Shown: positions 62,529 to 64,000 of the stretch, one piece after another
How the letters are laid out: every line of letters begins with the position of its first letter
Numbering within the stretch: position 1 is the first letter of the stretch
Translations under genes and position numbers: made by a program
Notes under the pieces: generated by a model
Told to the model about the DNA's origin: nothing
Databases searched by the model: none
Seen by the model: only the letters and a program-made list of their open reading frames with translations
Assembly: GCA_012837705.1 (NCBI GenBank)
Contig: DUQQ01000073.1
Location: forward strand, 9,017 to 73,016
Length of the DNA stretch: 64,000 nt
Reading direction: 5' to 3'
From: Hydrogenispora sp.
GTDB lineage: Bacteria; Bacillota; UBA4882; UBA10575

Positions 62529-63791
62529 TTACCGTATAAAAAGCTTCAATACATTACCAAGTAAGATTCCAACCACGCCAAAGTCGGCGTCACTGAAGGT
62601 AGTATTGGCAAAACCCAAATCACCCAAGACCGGCATCAAGAGCACCGGTAGGAAAGTAATCAAGATCCCGTGCGCCAGCGCGCCCCAGAAAGCTCCTCTT
62701 TTTCCCCCGGTGGCGTTACCAAAAACACCAGCCGTAGCGCCACAGAAGAAGTGAGGGACAACACCGGGTAGAATCACCGGAGCATTAAGCGCAATCAGAA
62801 TGGCCATTCCGATAATCCCCCCAAGGAAACTGGAGAGAAAACCGATCAATACAGCATTAGGAGCATACGGAAAAACTACCGGACAGTCCAGAGCAGGTTT
62901 CGCCTCGGGAACAATCCGCTCGGCAATACCCTTGAAGGCCGGAATAATCTCCGCCAAAATCAACCGGACACCAGCCAAGATGACATAGACTCCTCCAGCA
63001 AAAGTAATCGCTTTTAGTAAAGCAAAGACGATAAAGTTCTGTCCATCACTTAAGTTTGCTTCAACAAAAGCACGTCCAGAGGCAAAAGCCACAACCAAGT
63101 AGAGGATCCCCATGACCAGTGCCACGGAGACCGAGGTGTCACGTAGGAAAGATAAGCCCTGCGGGAACTGCATTTCTTCAGTGGACTTCGAATTCTTCCC
63201 CACCAACTTCCCAACGCCAGCGGAGAGGACGTAACCGACGGTTCCAAAATGGGCAAATGCTACGTCATCCGTGCCCGTGATCTTCCTCATGGTCGGTTGC
63301 GCAATAGCCGGGAAGAAAGCCATGGTCAAACCGAGGAGGATCGAACCAAAGATGACCAGAGGCACTCCGGTAATTCCAGCGGCAATGAAAATAGCCGCAA
63401 TCATACAAGCCATATACAAGGTGTGATGACCGGTGAGAAAGATGTACTTTAACTTTGTAAAGCGGGCAATCAAGATATTGGCCACCATACCAAAGGTCAT
63501 GATCAGCGCGGTCTGTTGTCCGTATTCTTTTAAGGCCAAAGCCACAACGGCTTCGTTATGGGGGACAATCCCTTGGACGCCAAAACCCTGTTGAAACATG
63601 GTTCCAAAGTGGCTAAGCGCCGCCACCGCAAGATCAGCACCGCCGCTCAAGACCAAAAAGCCCATGATTGTCTTGATGGTTCCTGTAATTACTTCGGCGC
63701 TTTTCTTCTTTTGCACAGCCAACCCGACTAACGCTACTAAACCTACTAACACCGCTGGTACACTCAGAATATCCAGAATAACCTGTAACAT
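62529..63791 (-). CDS. PTS ascorbate-family (UlaA/SgaT) EIIC permease
   Basis: 420 aa, polytopic. The start MLQVILDILSVPAVLVGLVALVGL and overall pattern are typical of SgaT/UlaA. Confidence 0.9.
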   Translation of the reverse strand: MLQVILDILSVPAVLVGLVALVGLAVQKKKSAEVITGTIKTIMGFLVLSGGADLAVAALSHFGTMFQQGFGVQGIVPHNEAVVALALKEYGQQTALIMTFGMVANILIARFTKLKYIFLTGHHTLYMACMIAAIFIAAGITGVPLVIFGSILLGLTMAFFPAIAQPTMRKITGTDDVAFAHFGTVGYVLSAGVGKLVGKNSKSTEEMQFPQGLSFLRDTSVSVALVMGILYLVVAFASGRAFVEANLSDGQNFIVFALLKAITFAGGVYVILAGVRLILAEIIPAFKGIAERIVPEAKPALDCPVVFPYAPNAVLIGFLSSFLGGIIGMAILIALNAPVILPGVVPHFFCGATAGVFGNATGGKRGAFWGALAHGILITFLPVLLMPVLGDLGFANTTFSDADFGVVGILLGNVLKLFIR

Positions 63792-63813
63792 TTGAACCCC
63801 CCCTTTTTTTTTT

Positions 63814-64000
63814 CTAAAGTAGATTCTTCTTCCTCAAGACCTCACTTAACTTTTCTTTCAGTTCGGCCAGGTCAATCATGCTGTTGAGTGATACAACTTC
63901 TCCGTCTAGCAACTCCAGTTGACTGGCGATATCTCTTGTTCCAACATAAACATCAGCCTGCATTGCTTTTGCGGATGACAAATCTGAGTGTCCGACCTCG
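63814..64000 (-). CDS. PTS EIIB component (UlaB/SgaB-like), C-terminal part (5' end beyond the window)
   Basis: Own translation of the minus strand: ...EVGHSDLSSAKAMQADVYVGTRDIASQLELLDGEVVSLNSMIDLAELKEKLSEVLRKKNLL*. The stop is TAG at 63816..63814, 22 nt upstream of the IIC start. Confidence 0.65.
   Translation of the reverse strand, partial: EVGHSDLSSAKAMQADVYVGTRDIASQLELLDGEVVSLNSMIDLAELKEKLSEVLRKKNLL

Overview
This is core chromosome from an endospore-forming Firmicute with Clostridia-type gene organisation, transcribed almost entirely on the minus strand. Only 5 of about 60 genes are on the plus strand. From my own reading I found no rRNA or tRNA gene, CRISPR array, transposase, integrase, prophage, restriction-modification system, toxin-antitoxin pair or recognisable defence gene. 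I cannot point to an obvious mobile or defence novelty.

Content from left to right:
- 1-7.5 kb: dinG-like helicase (partial), nfo, a GT4-like/GT2/MctB-like/SteA block, and spo0A-spoIVB.
- 7.6-17.8 kb: T-box-controlled leuS, rsfS-yqeK, an RRM protein, nadD, proAB, a small Cys-rich ORF, obg and rpmA-prp-rplU.
- 17.8-23.6 kb: rng, a radical-SAM plus DUF2344-type pair, and spoIVFB/spoIVFA.
- 23.8-28.8 kb: a 1047-aa glycoside-hydrolase-like protein, a small ferredoxin missed by the ORF track, an orphan CheY-like receiver, and ytfJ/ytfI.
- 29-37.4 kb: Ca-type P-ATPase, rqcH, an orphan TRAP-type binding protein with a zincin-like lipoprotein, and argS.
- 37.8-49.8 kb: a CUT2 sugar ABC operon flanked by long AT-rich spacers, then comM, yraN, ylqH/ylqG-like genes, rnhB, ddh and a PHP phosphatase.
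- 49.8-58.3 kb: the ribF-truB-nrnA-rbfA-infB-ylxQ-ylxR-nusA-rimP operon.
- 58.4-64 kb: a PTS (ascorbate-family IIB/IIC), split transketolase, Cof phosphatase, transaldolase-family and HPr cluster.

The least-explained parts, and my best candidates for undescribed biology, are:
- the radical-SAM/DUF2344 pair inserted into the ribosome-biogenesis locus;
- the steA/mctB-like/glycosyltransferase block fused to the end of spo0A;
- the large cytoplasmic GH-like protein with the adjacent CTG-initiated ferredoxin and orphan receiver;
- the lipoprotein plus orphan binding-protein pair;
- the FliK-like/FlhB-C-like pair next to rnhB.

All functional calls come from motif and family recognition by eye. 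No database search was run.
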